This document shows positions 38,355 to 47,833 of a stretch of 64,000 nt of DNA, in pieces (the stretch's first letter is position 1; each line of letters starts with the position of its first letter). Source of the DNA: an uncultured Pelagibacteraceae bacterium (GTDB lineage Bacteria; Pseudomonadota; Alphaproteobacteria; Pelagibacterales; Pelagibacteraceae); NCBI GenBank assembly GCA_902570125.1, contig CACFXK010000002.1, forward strand, positions 18,380-82,379, in the 5' to 3' direction. The notes under the pieces were generated by a model that saw only the letters and a list, made by a program, of their open reading frames with translations, made no database searches and was not told where the DNA came from. Made by a program: the position numbers and the translations under genes.

Positions 38355-39104
38355 ATGTCATCAATTAATCAACTACTTCTAGAAGCAAAAAGTGTAACAA
38401 AATACTTTGGAACCATAACAGCTCTTGAGAATGTTAATTTAAAGATACATGCAGGAGAATGTCTTGGCGTTGTGGGTGATAATGGAGCTGGAAAATCAAC
38501 TTTAATGAAAGTTTTATCAGGGCTTTACAAACCAAGTGCAGGCTCATTATTCTTTGATGGCAAAGAGGAAATTTTAGAAAGCCCTAAAGATTCTCAAAAT
38601 TTAGGTTTAGAAATGGTATATCAAGATTTGGCATTAGCTGGAAATCTCCCAATAGGCGAAAATATTTTTTTAGGACGTGAGCCAACCAAAAATATTGGAC
38701 TACTTAAATTTCTTGATTATAAAAAAATTAAAGAACTTACAGATGCACATCTTGGTAAACTAAAAATTAATGTAAAAAGTGCTGATCAAAAAGTAGAGGA
38801 ACTTTCAGGTGGTCAAAGACAAGCAGTCGCAATTGCTAGATCAACAGCATTTAATGCTAAAGTTGTAATAATGGATGAACCAACTGCTGCACTTGCAATA
38901 AAAGAAGTTGGAAAAGTTCTAGACCTGATAAATAGTTTAAAGAAAACAGGCGTTGGAGTAATTGTCATCAGTCATAGAATGGATGATATTTTTGCTGTAT
39001 GTGATCGTGTAATGGCATTATTTCAAGGAACAAATTTTGCGGAATCTGAATTATCTAAGACTTCAAGGGACGAAGTTATTGGATGGATAATGGGTAAAAA
39101 ATAA
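38355..39104 (+). CDS. Monosaccharide/polyol ABC transporter ATP-binding protein (single domain)
   Basis: GDNGAGKST, VYQDLAL, LSGGQRQAVAIAR, MDEPTAAL, ISH; ATG 38355 preferred to TTG 38319. Confidence 0.92.
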   Translation: MSSINQLLLEAKSVTKYFGTITALENVNLKIHAGECLGVVGDNGAGKSTLMKVLSGLYKPSAGSLFFDGKEEILESPKDSQNLGLEMVYQDLALAGNLPIGENIFLGREPTKNIGLLKFLDYKKIKELTDAHLGKLKINVKSADQKVEELSGGQRQAVAIARSTAFNAKVVIMDEPTAALAIKEVGKVLDLINSLKKTGVGVIVISHRMDDIFAVCDRVMALFQGTNFAESELSKTSRDEVIGWIMGKK

Positions 39105-39106
39105 TT

Positions 39107-40120
39107 ATGGAAAATAAAGATCAAGAAAAAGAATCATTATATTTAAAAATAATGCCATACCTTGAAAAGTATGGAATACTTTTATTGTTAGTCATAATGA
39201 TTGTAGTGATGCATTTTCTTCAACCAGATGTTTTTTTATCATGGAGAAATGTTACAAATGTATTTAAACAAATTTCTTGGCAATCGATGTTAGCGTTAGG
39301 AGTATTCATGGTTATTGTTACTGCTGGTATTGATCTTTCTGTTGGATCCATCATGATGTTATCATTAATGATCCTGGCAATAGTTGCTAAAGCTGGAGCC
39401 CCTTGGTATATAGTAGTTATTACACCTTTGATTGCAGGTTTTCTTTGTGGTTTATTTAATGGATTAGGAATAACATTGTTGAGGATGCCCCATCCATTTA
39501 TAATGACTTTGGGTACTCTTTATATATTCAGGGGAACGGGAAATTTAATTTCAGGTGGAACACCAATAAGTGGTTTCACAGATGAGGTGAGGTATCTTGG
39601 ACATGGACGAATTGATTTAACTTGGCTTGGCCTTGAAAAATCTCAATACCTTCCAGTGAGCTTAGTTTTAATCGCAATCGTATACATAATTTTCTGGATA
39701 TTTATGAATAAAACACGGACTGGAAAATGGATATACGCAATAGGAGGCAACCCTAATGCAGCAAGAGCTTCAGGTATAAACGTAAATAAAATATTAGTGA
39801 TCGTTTACTCTTTGTGCGGATTTTTATCAGGTATTGGAGCATTAATTTTAGCAGGAAGAACAGACTCAGGATACCCAAATGCTGGTCTTCAATCAGAATT
39901 AGATGCTATTGCAGCCTGCATTATTGGAGGAGCAAGTTTTTTTGGCGGAAGAGGTACAGTGCTTGGAGTATTTGCTGGAGTCATGATTATGGGTATTTTA
40001 CGAAATGGCCTTAATCTCATGGATGTTAGCTCATTTTGGCAACAAGTCTTAATAGGGTCTATAATAGTTTTGGCCGTATATATTGATGTATTAAGAAGAG
40101 ATCTTGGAACAAGAAAATAA
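39107..40120 (+). CDS. Monosaccharide ABC transporter permease (RbsC-like)
   Basis: TAGIDLSVG, PFIMTLGT, YAIGGNPNAARASGI, ELDAIAACIIGG. Confidence 0.92.
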   Translation: MENKDQEKESLYLKIMPYLEKYGILLLLVIMIVVMHFLQPDVFLSWRNVTNVFKQISWQSMLALGVFMVIVTAGIDLSVGSIMMLSLMILAIVAKAGAPWYIVVITPLIAGFLCGLFNGLGITLLRMPHPFIMTLGTLYIFRGTGNLISGGTPISGFTDEVRYLGHGRIDLTWLGLEKSQYLPVSLVLIAIVYIIFWIFMNKTRTGKWIYAIGGNPNAARASGINVNKILVIVYSLCGFLSGIGALILAGRTDSGYPNAGLQSELDAIAACIIGGASFFGGRGTVLGVFAGVMIMGILRNGLNLMDVSSFWQQVLIGSIIVLAVYIDVLRRDLGTRK

Positions 40121-40226
40121 TACACTTTTTGGTTGAACTTCAAAAACATTGTCTTTTATAAACAGTTGAATTTTTTTTAAAAATTTAATTAAATTAATTT
40201 TTAATAATTATTAAAGGGGTAAAAAT

Positions 40227-41159
40227 ATGAGAGAACTAAACAAAAAAATTGTTGTTTTTCTATCAGCAATTTTTTTATTGATAAGCATGGGATCAGTTTC
40301 TTTTGCTGATGGACATGGAAAAAAAATCTTATTCAGTATTAAAGGACCTGGATCAGGAAACCCATTCTGGGCTTCTGTAACTAAAGGTGCTGAAGAAGAA
40401 GCTAAAAAATTAGGTGTTAAACTAATTCTAATTGCACCTCCACAAGAAGGTGATGTACAGGCTCAGATTAACCAAGTAGAAGACCAACTTGCAAAAGGTG
40501 TTGATGCACTAGCTCTAGCACCAGGAGATCCAAATGCTTTTGCACCAATTGTAGATGATGCGATTAAAAGTGGAGTTCCAGTTGTGTTTGTTGATACTAA
40601 AGGAATTAACGAGGGTGTAACTTTTATTGGAACAAACAATATGAATGGTGCAGAGTTAGCTGCTAAATTCATATGTGATAAAACTCCAAAAGGTTCAGAC
40701 GTTGCAATTCTTACAGGAATTGAGTCACAATCAACTGCATTGTTAAGGAGAGACGGCGCAATCAAAGGATTTAAAAATTGTGGTTTAAATCTTGTTGCAA
40801 CACAAACTGCAGAGTGGGATACAGCAAAAGGAAGATCTGTAACAGAGTCAATCATTCTAAAAAATCCAAACATTAAAGCAATATTTGCTTCTAATGACAA
40901 TATGGGTTTAGGTGCAATGCAAGCTTTAAAAGATGCTGACATGAATGATGTTGTCGTTGTAGGTTTTGATGCTACACCTGATGCAGCTACAAGTATCTTA
41001 AAAGGTGAAATGACTGCAACTATCGCTCAGTTCTCATACAACATGGGAGCGTATGGAGTTAAGTATGCACTTGAGTTAGCTAATGGAGGAAGTATTGATC
41101 CTAATATTGATACTGGTACACAATTAGTAACAAAAGAAAACGCTAACGATTTTAAATAA
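40227..41159 (+). CDS. Sugar ABC transporter substrate-binding protein (RbsB-like, type I)
   Basis: Signal peptide (SFA-DGH), NPFW, FIGTNN, ASNDNMGLGA, VGFDA; GGGG SD. Confidence 0.92.
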   Translation: MRELNKKIVVFLSAIFLLISMGSVSFADGHGKKILFSIKGPGSGNPFWASVTKGAEEEAKKLGVKLILIAPPQEGDVQAQINQVEDQLAKGVDALALAPGDPNAFAPIVDDAIKSGVPVVFVDTKGINEGVTFIGTNNMNGAELAAKFICDKTPKGSDVAILTGIESQSTALLRRDGAIKGFKNCGLNLVATQTAEWDTAKGRSVTESIILKNPNIKAIFASNDNMGLGAMQALKDADMNDVVVVGFDATPDAATSILKGEMTATIAQFSYNMGAYGVKYALELANGGSIDPNIDTGTQLVTKENANDFK

Positions 41160-41182
41160 TCTTTAGTTTTACATAGTGATTT

Positions 41183-41215
41183 AAAGGGTGGAATTTTATT
41201 CCACCCTTTTTTTTT
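41183..41215 (+). terminator. Rho-independent terminator after SBP gene
   Basis: AAAGGGTGGAAT-ttt-ATTCCACCCTTT followed by a T run. Confidence 0.88.
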
Positions 41216-41233
41216 ATGTAATATAATCTTTAA

Positions 41234-41695
41234 ATGTTAATTAATATTAATCCTGTACTGAGCCCTGAATTACTATTTCATTTAAGGTCAATGGGACATG
41301 GTGAAAAGCTAATTTTAGCTGATGCAAACTTTCCCTCAAACACTACTAACGAAAAAGTTATTCGCCTTGATGGAGTAAATATTAAAGATGCAGCAACGGC
41401 TATATTATCTGTATTTCCATTAGACAGTTTTGTTGCATCTAAAGGTGGATCACCAGCGATTAGGATGGAAGTAGATGATAAACCTGATGAATTAACTGAA
41501 ACTCATAAAGAATTTATTGAAGCAGTTAAGACAGTTTCAGGTGAAAATTGGAAAGTTGGTTCAATATCAAGAAAAGATTTTTATGAGGAAGCAAAAAAAG
41601 CTTATTGTATAGTAACCACCACAGATGCTAGGCCATTTGGATGTTTTGTGCTTACCAAGGGTGTAATTTTACCAGACGGAAAAGTTTGGACATAA
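41234..41695 (+). CDS. RbsD/FucU family sugar mutarotase/pyranase
   Basis: LSPELL..L.SMGHGE.LILADANFP, R..FYE.AKKAY, LTKGVI. Confidence 0.88.
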   Translation: MLININPVLSPELLFHLRSMGHGEKLILADANFPSNTTNEKVIRLDGVNIKDAATAILSVFPLDSFVASKGGSPAIRMEVDDKPDELTETHKEFIEAVKTVSGENWKVGSISRKDFYEEAKKAYCIVTTTDARPFGCFVLTKGVILPDGKVWT

Positions 41696-41698
41696 TAA

Positions 41699-42613
41699 AT
41701 GAAATCTATTTGTGTTTTTGGTGTCTTTGTTGCAGATCTTTGTTTTGTAGCTAATGCGATTCCTGAAAAAGGACAAACTATTTTAGGCAATAAACATATT
41801 GTTGGCCCAGGTGGAAAAGGATCAAACCAAGCAATTGCTGCAGCTAGACTTGGAGGCCAAGTTAATTTTATAACAAAGATTGGGAATGACCAAAATGCTA
41901 AAATGGCATTAAATCTTTATAAGGAAGTAGGAATTAATAGAGACTCAATAATTCAAGATGAAAATCAGTTAACAGGTGTGGCAGGTATAATGATAAACGA
42001 AAAAACTGGGGACAACGCCATAAACATTGTACCAGGCGCAGCTGGTTCTTTGACCAATAAAGATATTGATAAAAATTTAAGTTTTATAAATAATTCAGAA
42101 ATTTTTTTAACTCAGCTAGAAACACCTTATGAAGTAACTAGTTATGCGCTTAACAAAGCAAAAGAATCAGGTTCAACAACTATTTTCAATCCAGCGCCTG
42201 CATCAAATATAAATGAGAGTGATTATAAACGTATGGATTATTTTACACCTAATGAAACAGAAGCAAGTTTTTATTTAAAAAAAAATGTTGAAACCAAAAT
42301 AGAAATTGAAGAAGCTGCAAAATCTTTTCTTAATAAAGGAGTTAAAAATATTGTTATAACTTTAGGCTCAAAAGGAGTTTACTTTGCAAACTCTTCTGAA
42401 AGCTATTTTATTGATGCCTTTAATTTAAAAGATAAAGTTGTAGATACAACTGGAGCAGGTGATGCATTCAATGGAGCCTTTGCGTATGCTTTGTCTAAAA
42501 ATCATGAGGATAAAGATGCTTTAAAATTTGCAAATAAGGTTGCTGGTATTTCAACTACAAGAGTCGGAGCAGCTAATGCAATGCCCAATCTAGATGAAGT
42601 AGAACTCTATTAG
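41699..42613 (+). CDS. rbsK: Ribokinase-like PfkB sugar kinase
   Basis: GGKGSNQAIAAARLG, TQLET, FNPAP, PNETEA, DTTGAGDAFNG. Confidence 0.8.
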   Translation: MKSICVFGVFVADLCFVANAIPEKGQTILGNKHIVGPGGKGSNQAIAAARLGGQVNFITKIGNDQNAKMALNLYKEVGINRDSIIQDENQLTGVAGIMINEKTGDNAINIVPGAAGSLTNKDIDKNLSFINNSEIFLTQLETPYEVTSYALNKAKESGSTTIFNPAPASNINESDYKRMDYFTPNETEASFYLKKNVETKIEIEEAAKSFLNKGVKNIVITLGSKGVYFANSSESYFIDAFNLKDKVVDTTGAGDAFNGAFAYALSKNHEDKDALKFANKVAGISTTRVGAANAMPNLDEVELY

Positions 42614-43789
42614 CTATTCTATAATTTTGAAATCAGACTTAAATTTATCAGTAATTGTTAAACCTAAACCTGGTTTGTTATCATCTAAATCTATATATCC
42701 ATTTTCTGGGGCAGGATCACCTTCAAATATATAATAAAATAATTCATTGCCAATTTCTACGTCATGGACAGGAAAAAATTCAGATATTGGACAATTAAAA
42801 TTTGACATTGTTAAATGATAATTATGCATTTGACCAGCATGAGGAATAACTGGTACTTGATAAGCTTCTGCCAAAGCATTTATTTTATTTGCAATTGTAA
42901 ATCCACCAACTCTATTATTATCATATTGAATATAACTGACTGCTTTAATGTCCAACAATTGTTTAAACCCAAATAAGTTGAATTCATGTTCTCCACCAGA
43001 AATCGGAATTGCATTCATATTATTTAATTCAGCATATCCATGAATATCGTCTGCTATAACTGGCTCCTCCAACCATCTAGGGTTAAATTTTACCAATTTT
43101 GGTATCATCCTTTTTGCATAATCCAGGTTCCAACCCATATAACATTCCATCATTAAGTCAGTATCATAACCAATAACTTCTCTAACTGCTTCAGCTAATT
43201 CAATATTTTTTTTCATGCCTTCAGGTCCATCTTTTGGCCCCCACCCAAATCTCATTTTAAACATTTTAAAACCTTGCTTAACATAGCTTTCAGCTTCTTT
43301 TTGTAAGTCCTTGATTGGTTGGCTGTAAAGTTTAGATGCGTAAACAGGAATTTTTTCTTTTGTTCTCCCACCTAATAATTTAAATACAGGTTTATTTGTA
43401 ATCTTTCCTATTATATCCCAGAGTGCAATATCAATTGCAGAAATAGCTACCATACCCAAACCTCTTCTTCCCCACGCATGCGTTCTTCTGTACATTTTTT
43501 CCCAGATATAAGAATAATCAAAAGGATCTTCACCTAGAACTAACGGCGTTAAATAAGTATCGATTGTTTTTTTAACCAACTGAGGTGCGAGTGCCGCGTT
43601 TCCAATTCCAATTATTCCATCATCAGTTTCAACTTCACATATTAACCATTCATGAAACCTAAAAGAGCCCATAGCATCTGATTTTTCAAACAAAAGGTCC
43701 GATGCATTTGTGCAAAAATTGTTTTGTGGAGGAACTGTTTTACCATTCCATTGATATACCTTGGTACGAATACTTTTTATTTTAGACAT
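42614..43789 (-). CDS. lyxD: L-lyxonate dehydratase-like enolase-superfamily (mandelate racemase subgroup) enzyme
   Basis: [64 protein letters not shown]; very close to P. aeruginosa LyxD as remembered (usually auto-annotated as L-rhamnonate dehydratase). Confidence 0.78.
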   Translation of the reverse strand: MSKIKSIRTKVYQWNGKTVPPQNNFCTNASDLLFEKSDAMGSFRFHEWLICEVETDDGIIGIGNAALAPQLVKKTIDTYLTPLVLGEDPFDYSYIWEKMYRRTHAWGRRGLGMVAISAIDIALWDIIGKITNKPVFKLLGGRTKEKIPVYASKLYSQPIKDLQKEAESYVKQGFKMFKMRFGWGPKDGPEGMKKNIELAEAVREVIGYDTDLMMECYMGWNLDYAKRMIPKLVKFNPRWLEEPVIADDIHGYAELNNMNAIPISGGEHEFNLFGFKQLLDIKAVSYIQYDNNRVGGFTIANKINALAEAYQVPVIPHAGQMHNYHLTMSNFNCPISEFFPVHDVEIGNELFYYIFEGDPAPENGYIDLDDNKPGLGLTITDKFKSDFKIIE

Positions 43790-44785
43790 TTAATTGTTTT
43801 TATTTTCTGCCATTGTTAATGCAATTTTAAATGAATTCAAAGTAGGTTCTAAATTTGCCACATTTTTACCTGCAATATCAAACGCTGTACCGTGAGCAGG
43901 AGTTGTAATAGGTAAAGGTAAACCTCCTTGAACGGTTACTCCTCGATCAAATCCAAATGCTTTTAAACCTGATTGTAAAGCATCATGATACATACCAACA
44001 ATACAATCATGATTTCCATCTTTATAAGCAGTAATAAAAGAAGTATCACACGGTAAAGGTCCATCAGCATTAATACCTAGTTTTTTTGCCTCTTCTATTG
44101 CGGGTATAATTTCTTCTTTTTCCTCAGTTCCAAATTCAGCATGAGGATTCAGTGCTTGAACTGCTACTCTTGGACTTTTAATACCATTTAATTTCATAGC
44201 TTCATTTATAAGTTTAATTGGCTTAATAATGTTTTCCTTTTTTACATGTTCTGGAACTTCCTTTATTGGAATGTGTGATGATACCCTTGCTGTCCAAAAA
44301 TTATCAATAACATTAAATTCACAAAAAAAATTTTTAACCTCTAACTTTTCAGCCATTAAATGTAATTCATCAGAATATTTATTTCCTCCAAGTTTAAGGC
44401 TTGTTTTATTAAAAGGTCCAAAGTTTATTGCATGAATTTTATTTTCTTTAGCAAGATCTAAAGCTAAATTTAGCGAAGCTAAGACGCTTTCTCCCGCCTC
44501 TTTAGAGCACTCAGATAATTTATAATTATAATTTTTACCATTAGAGATATCTAGAAAAAATTTATCACCCTTCGCAAAATCAATATTATCGAAATCTTCA
44601 ACATAATTTAGATTATGTGATTTGCCTGAAATTTTATTTCCACTTTCAAATATATTTTTTTCACCTATGACAATTAAATTAGCCTTGTTAGTGATTTCCT
44701 CTGACAATAGTTTTGAGACCAATTCGGGGCCTATACCAGAAGGGTCCCCTAAAAGAACTCCTATGTTAATTTTATTTTGAGCCAT
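43790..44785 (-). CDS. PdxA-family protein, probable 2-carboxy-L-lyxonate decarboxylase (ClxD-like)
   Basis: GDPSGIGPE, SSHIP, LNPHA, MYHD, HGTAFDIAG; three metal His kept, several PdxA substrate residues replaced; abuts lyxD. Confidence 0.7.
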   Translation of the reverse strand: MAQNKINIGVLLGDPSGIGPELVSKLLSEEITNKANLIVIGEKNIFESGNKISGKSHNLNYVEDFDNIDFAKGDKFFLDISNGKNYNYKLSECSKEAGESVLASLNLALDLAKENKIHAINFGPFNKTSLKLGGNKYSDELHLMAEKLEVKNFFCEFNVIDNFWTARVSSHIPIKEVPEHVKKENIIKPIKLINEAMKLNGIKSPRVAVQALNPHAEFGTEEKEEIIPAIEEAKKLGINADGPLPCDTSFITAYKDGNHDCIVGMYHDALQSGLKAFGFDRGVTVQGGLPLPITTPAHGTAFDIAGKNVANLEPTLNSFKIALTMAENKNN

Positions 44786-44856
44786 TTTTTACTTTACGCT
44801 ATGTATCAGATTATGTTTATATATTTAAATATAAATTAACTAAAAAGAGGGAAATA

Positions 44857-45831
44857 ATGAAAAAAAGTTTTAAATTATTTTTAGCTGCCGCATTTTTGGT
44901 AACTGAATTTTTTGTTGTTGCACTTCCACTTATGATTACTTCTGCAAAAGCAGATGGTCACCCAATTCAAGCTATTACACACGCTGGTTTTGGTGGTGGT
45001 ACAGACGTAACTACTAGAATGATGTTGTTAAGAACTAGAAGGTATCTAAAACAAGATATGCAATTAGTTAACAAGAAAGGTGGTGGTGGAGCTGCATCTA
45101 TGGATTACATGATGACTTTACCAGCAGATGGTCAACATACTTTAACTTGGACTACAGGACATGCTGTTTCTATGGCATTAGGAAAAACAAAAGTTAAATT
45201 AAGTGATATGCAACCACTTGCTAGAGGAACTGATGATCCTCAATTATTTGTCGTAAATTGTAAAAATGATATTAAAGATGCTAAAAAATTTATTAGCGCT
45301 CAAAAATCAAAATCATTAAAATATGGTACTACTCACGTTGGTGGTATTGATGATGTAAGTGCTATCGCTTTTACAAAAAAAGGAAAATTAACAGACCCAA
45401 CAATTGTTCCTTATAAAGGTGTTGGTCCTATTAAAACTAATCTTATCAAAGGAGATATTGATGTAGGTGTTTTAAACTTGGGAGAAGCTGTAACAGAAAT
45501 TGAAGATGGTACATTGTGTGTTTCAGTTGTACTTGCTAGTAACAGAATGGAAAAATTAAGTAATGTTCCAACTGCTACCGAATTAGGAATTCCAGTTGTG
45601 CTTTCAACAGTTAGAGGTTTTGTAACAAGAAAAGGCGTTCCAGGCGATAGAAAAAAACAACTTGAAGATGCAATGATTAAAGCAATGGAACATAAATATT
45701 TCCAAAGTTTTTTAACTGATATCGGTCTTGATTCAACTAGTGTTGTTGGAGCTGATGAGTGGGGCAAGCAAATGGAAGTCATGCTTGCAGAGATGACTGC
45801 TCAACTTAAAGCTTTGGGTTACATTAATTAG
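44857..45831 (+). CDS. tctC: Tripartite tricarboxylate transporter substrate-binding protein (TctC/Bug)
   Basis: Signal peptide (AKA-DGH), GGGTD, VNKKGGGG, ADG.TL, VPYKG, VPTATELG, RG. Confidence 0.9.
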   Translation: MKKSFKLFLAAAFLVTEFFVVALPLMITSAKADGHPIQAITHAGFGGGTDVTTRMMLLRTRRYLKQDMQLVNKKGGGGAASMDYMMTLPADGQHTLTWTTGHAVSMALGKTKVKLSDMQPLARGTDDPQLFVVNCKNDIKDAKKFISAQKSKSLKYGTTHVGGIDDVSAIAFTKKGKLTDPTIVPYKGVGPIKTNLIKGDIDVGVLNLGEAVTEIEDGTLCVSVVLASNRMEKLSNVPTATELGIPVVLSTVRGFVTRKGVPGDRKKQLEDAMIKAMEHKYFQSFLTDIGLDSTSVVGADEWGKQMEVMLAEMTAQLKALGYIN

Positions 45832-45851
45832 TCATAAGAAAGTACATTTTT

Positions 45852-46358
45852 ATGAATAATGTACGAAATAAAAAAAGGGCAAACAAAAGTTTGCCCTTTT
45901 TTTTTAAAGATGAATTTAAAGTTTTTTTTGTAATAATATTTGTTTCGACAATATTATTAGTAACTACTTTTACATTTGATAAGGTTCCTCCAATTTTAAA
46001 TAGAGGCATACAACCTGCTACTTTCCCAAAAGGATTGTTAGTATTGATAATGTTTTTAACTGCAGTTATTTATTATCTTTCATTCAAAAATCCTTGGAAA
46101 AAAGAAAAAAAACTTCCAAAACCATTTTTTTTAACAATCTTAAGTTTTATTTTATTTATTATAATTTCTAAAACACTAGACTTTTTCTTAGCTATATCAG
46201 TACTCTCAATATTTGTTTCATACAATTGGGGTGAAAAGAGAATTTTTTATTTATTATTAGTTGGAATTTTGTTTCCATTAGTAGTTTTTATATTTTTTGA
46301 AATGATATTGGGACTTAGATTTCCTCCAGGAATAATTACAAACCTTTATTATTACTAG
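45852..46358 (+). CDS. tctB: TTT small membrane subunit TctB (start uncertain: ATG 45852 or TTG 45891)
   Basis: PATFP, about 4 TM segments, F...LGLRFPPG; lies between tctC and tctA. Confidence 0.85.
   Translation: MNNVRNKKRANKSLPFFFKDEFKVFFVIIFVSTILLVTTFTFDKVPPILNRGIQPATFPKGLLVLIMFLTAVIYYLSFKNPWKKEKKLPKPFFLTILSFILFIIISKTLDFFLAISVLSIFVSYNWGEKRIFYLLLVGILFPLVVFIFFEMILGLRFPPGIITNLYYY
45871..45905 (+). terminator. Terminator/attenuator hairpin after tctC, overlapping the tctB 5' end
   Basis: AAAAAAGGGCAAAC-aaaa-GTTTGCCCTTTTTTTTT. Confidence 0.82.
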
Positions 46359-46359
46359 T

Positions 46360-47832
46360 ATGGACAATCTTTTATTAATGATGGCACCTTTGTTTAGTTC
46401 TAAGTTGTTAATTGTTTTAATTTTTGGGACTTTATTTGGACTGATCTTAGGCGTTCTACCAGGATTAGGCCCTACAACTGGTGGTGCATTAATTTTGCCA
46501 TTTACCATGACTTTAGACCCTCTTTCAGCAATAGTTCTCTTAACATCAATTTACTGTGCTGGAACATACGGCGGTGCAATCACTGCAGTTTTAATAAATA
46601 CCCCTGGAACTCCAGCAGCAGCAGCCACTTGTCTAGATGGTTATCCCCTAGCTCAAAAGGGGGAAGCAGGAAGAGCCTTGGGTATGGCAACAGTTTCAAG
46701 CACAGTGGGTGGAATTTTTAGCGTAATAGTTTTGGTATTTTTTGCACCTGTTTTAGCTCAACTTGCCTATGAATTTGGTCAACCAGAATATTTTGCGTTA
46801 GCTATTTTTGGTTTAACAATGCTAGCATCAATTGGTGAAGGAAGTCCGATCAAAAATTTAATCGCTGGTGCATTTGGAATTTTAATTTCTACTATTGGAA
46901 AAGATTTTATGACTTCAATTGATAGATTTACTTATGGTATAAATGAGCTTTCTGTAGGAATAGGATTTATACCAGTTGTAGTAGGTTTATTTGCAATAAG
47001 CGAAATGTTAACTCAGTCTACACTTCTTGATCAAGTTTTTAAAAGAGTTGCACTAAAAGCGGTAAAACTTCCATCCTTAGATGATTATAAAAAAACCTGG
47101 AAAACTATTTTTAGATCTAGTGGTATTGGTTCGTTTATTGGAGTTTTACCAGCTGAGGGTGGGACTGTAGCATCCTTAATTGGTTATTCAGAAGCAAAAA
47201 GATTTTCTAAAGAGCCAGAAGAATTTGGAAAAGGGTCGATAGAAGGTATTGCCGGAGCTGAGGCAGCAAATAATGCTGCTACAGGTGGTGCAATGGTTCC
47301 AACGTTAGCATTAGGAATACCTGGAAGTGCTACAACAGCAGTCATATTAACTGGGCTTATAATTCATGGTGTAAGACCAGGTCCAGATCTATTTAGAGAG
47401 CAACCAGACTTTTTGTATGGAATTTTTGGGGCAATGTTAATTGCTAATGTTTTATTTTTTATATTTGGATTTTTTGGTGCAAAATTATTTGCAAGAATAA
47501 CTTTAGTTCCAAACAAAATTTTATGGCCAATGATATTTGCTGTATCTGTGTGTGGAACATACTCTCTAAGTCAATCTATCATTGATGTTTGGATTATGTT
47601 ATTTTTTGGAGTACTAGGATTTTTCATGAGAAGATTTGGTTTTTCGGTTGTACCTGTAATTATAGGATTAATTTTAGGAGAATTAGTAGAAGGAACTCTA
47701 AGACAATCTTTAGTTATATTTGATGGAAACTGGCTTATGTTTTTAACAAGACCTATAGCTTTAACTTTTTTTATTTTATCTTTAATTGCATTAGCTTTTC
47801 CTTTATTAAGGTCAAAAAAACAAAAAAAATAA
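46360..47832 (+). CDS. tctA: TTT large membrane subunit TctA
   Basis: LGVLPGLG, YGGAITAVLINTPGTP, DGYPLAQKG, EAANNA, PTLALGIPGS. Confidence 0.95.
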   Translation: MDNLLLMMAPLFSSKLLIVLIFGTLFGLILGVLPGLGPTTGGALILPFTMTLDPLSAIVLLTSIYCAGTYGGAITAVLINTPGTPAAAATCLDGYPLAQKGEAGRALGMATVSSTVGGIFSVIVLVFFAPVLAQLAYEFGQPEYFALAIFGLTMLASIGEGSPIKNLIAGAFGILISTIGKDFMTSIDRFTYGINELSVGIGFIPVVVGLFAISEMLTQSTLLDQVFKRVALKAVKLPSLDDYKKTWKTIFRSSGIGSFIGVLPAEGGTVASLIGYSEAKRFSKEPEEFGKGSIEGIAGAEAANNAATGGAMVPTLALGIPGSATTAVILTGLIIHGVRPGPDLFREQPDFLYGIFGAMLIANVLFFIFGFFGAKLFARITLVPNKILWPMIFAVSVCGTYSLSQSIIDVWIMLFFGVLGFFMRRFGFSVVPVIIGLILGELVEGTLRQSLVIFDGNWLMFLTRPIALTFFILSLIALAFPLLRSKKQKK

Positions 47833-47833
47833 T

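Noticed and set aside
43790-44785. Vitamin B6 biosynthetic pdxA or threonate/erythronate pdxA2
   Set aside because: Substrate residues are replaced, there is no surA/rsmA context or DUF1537 kinase, and it is coupled to a lyxD-like gene.
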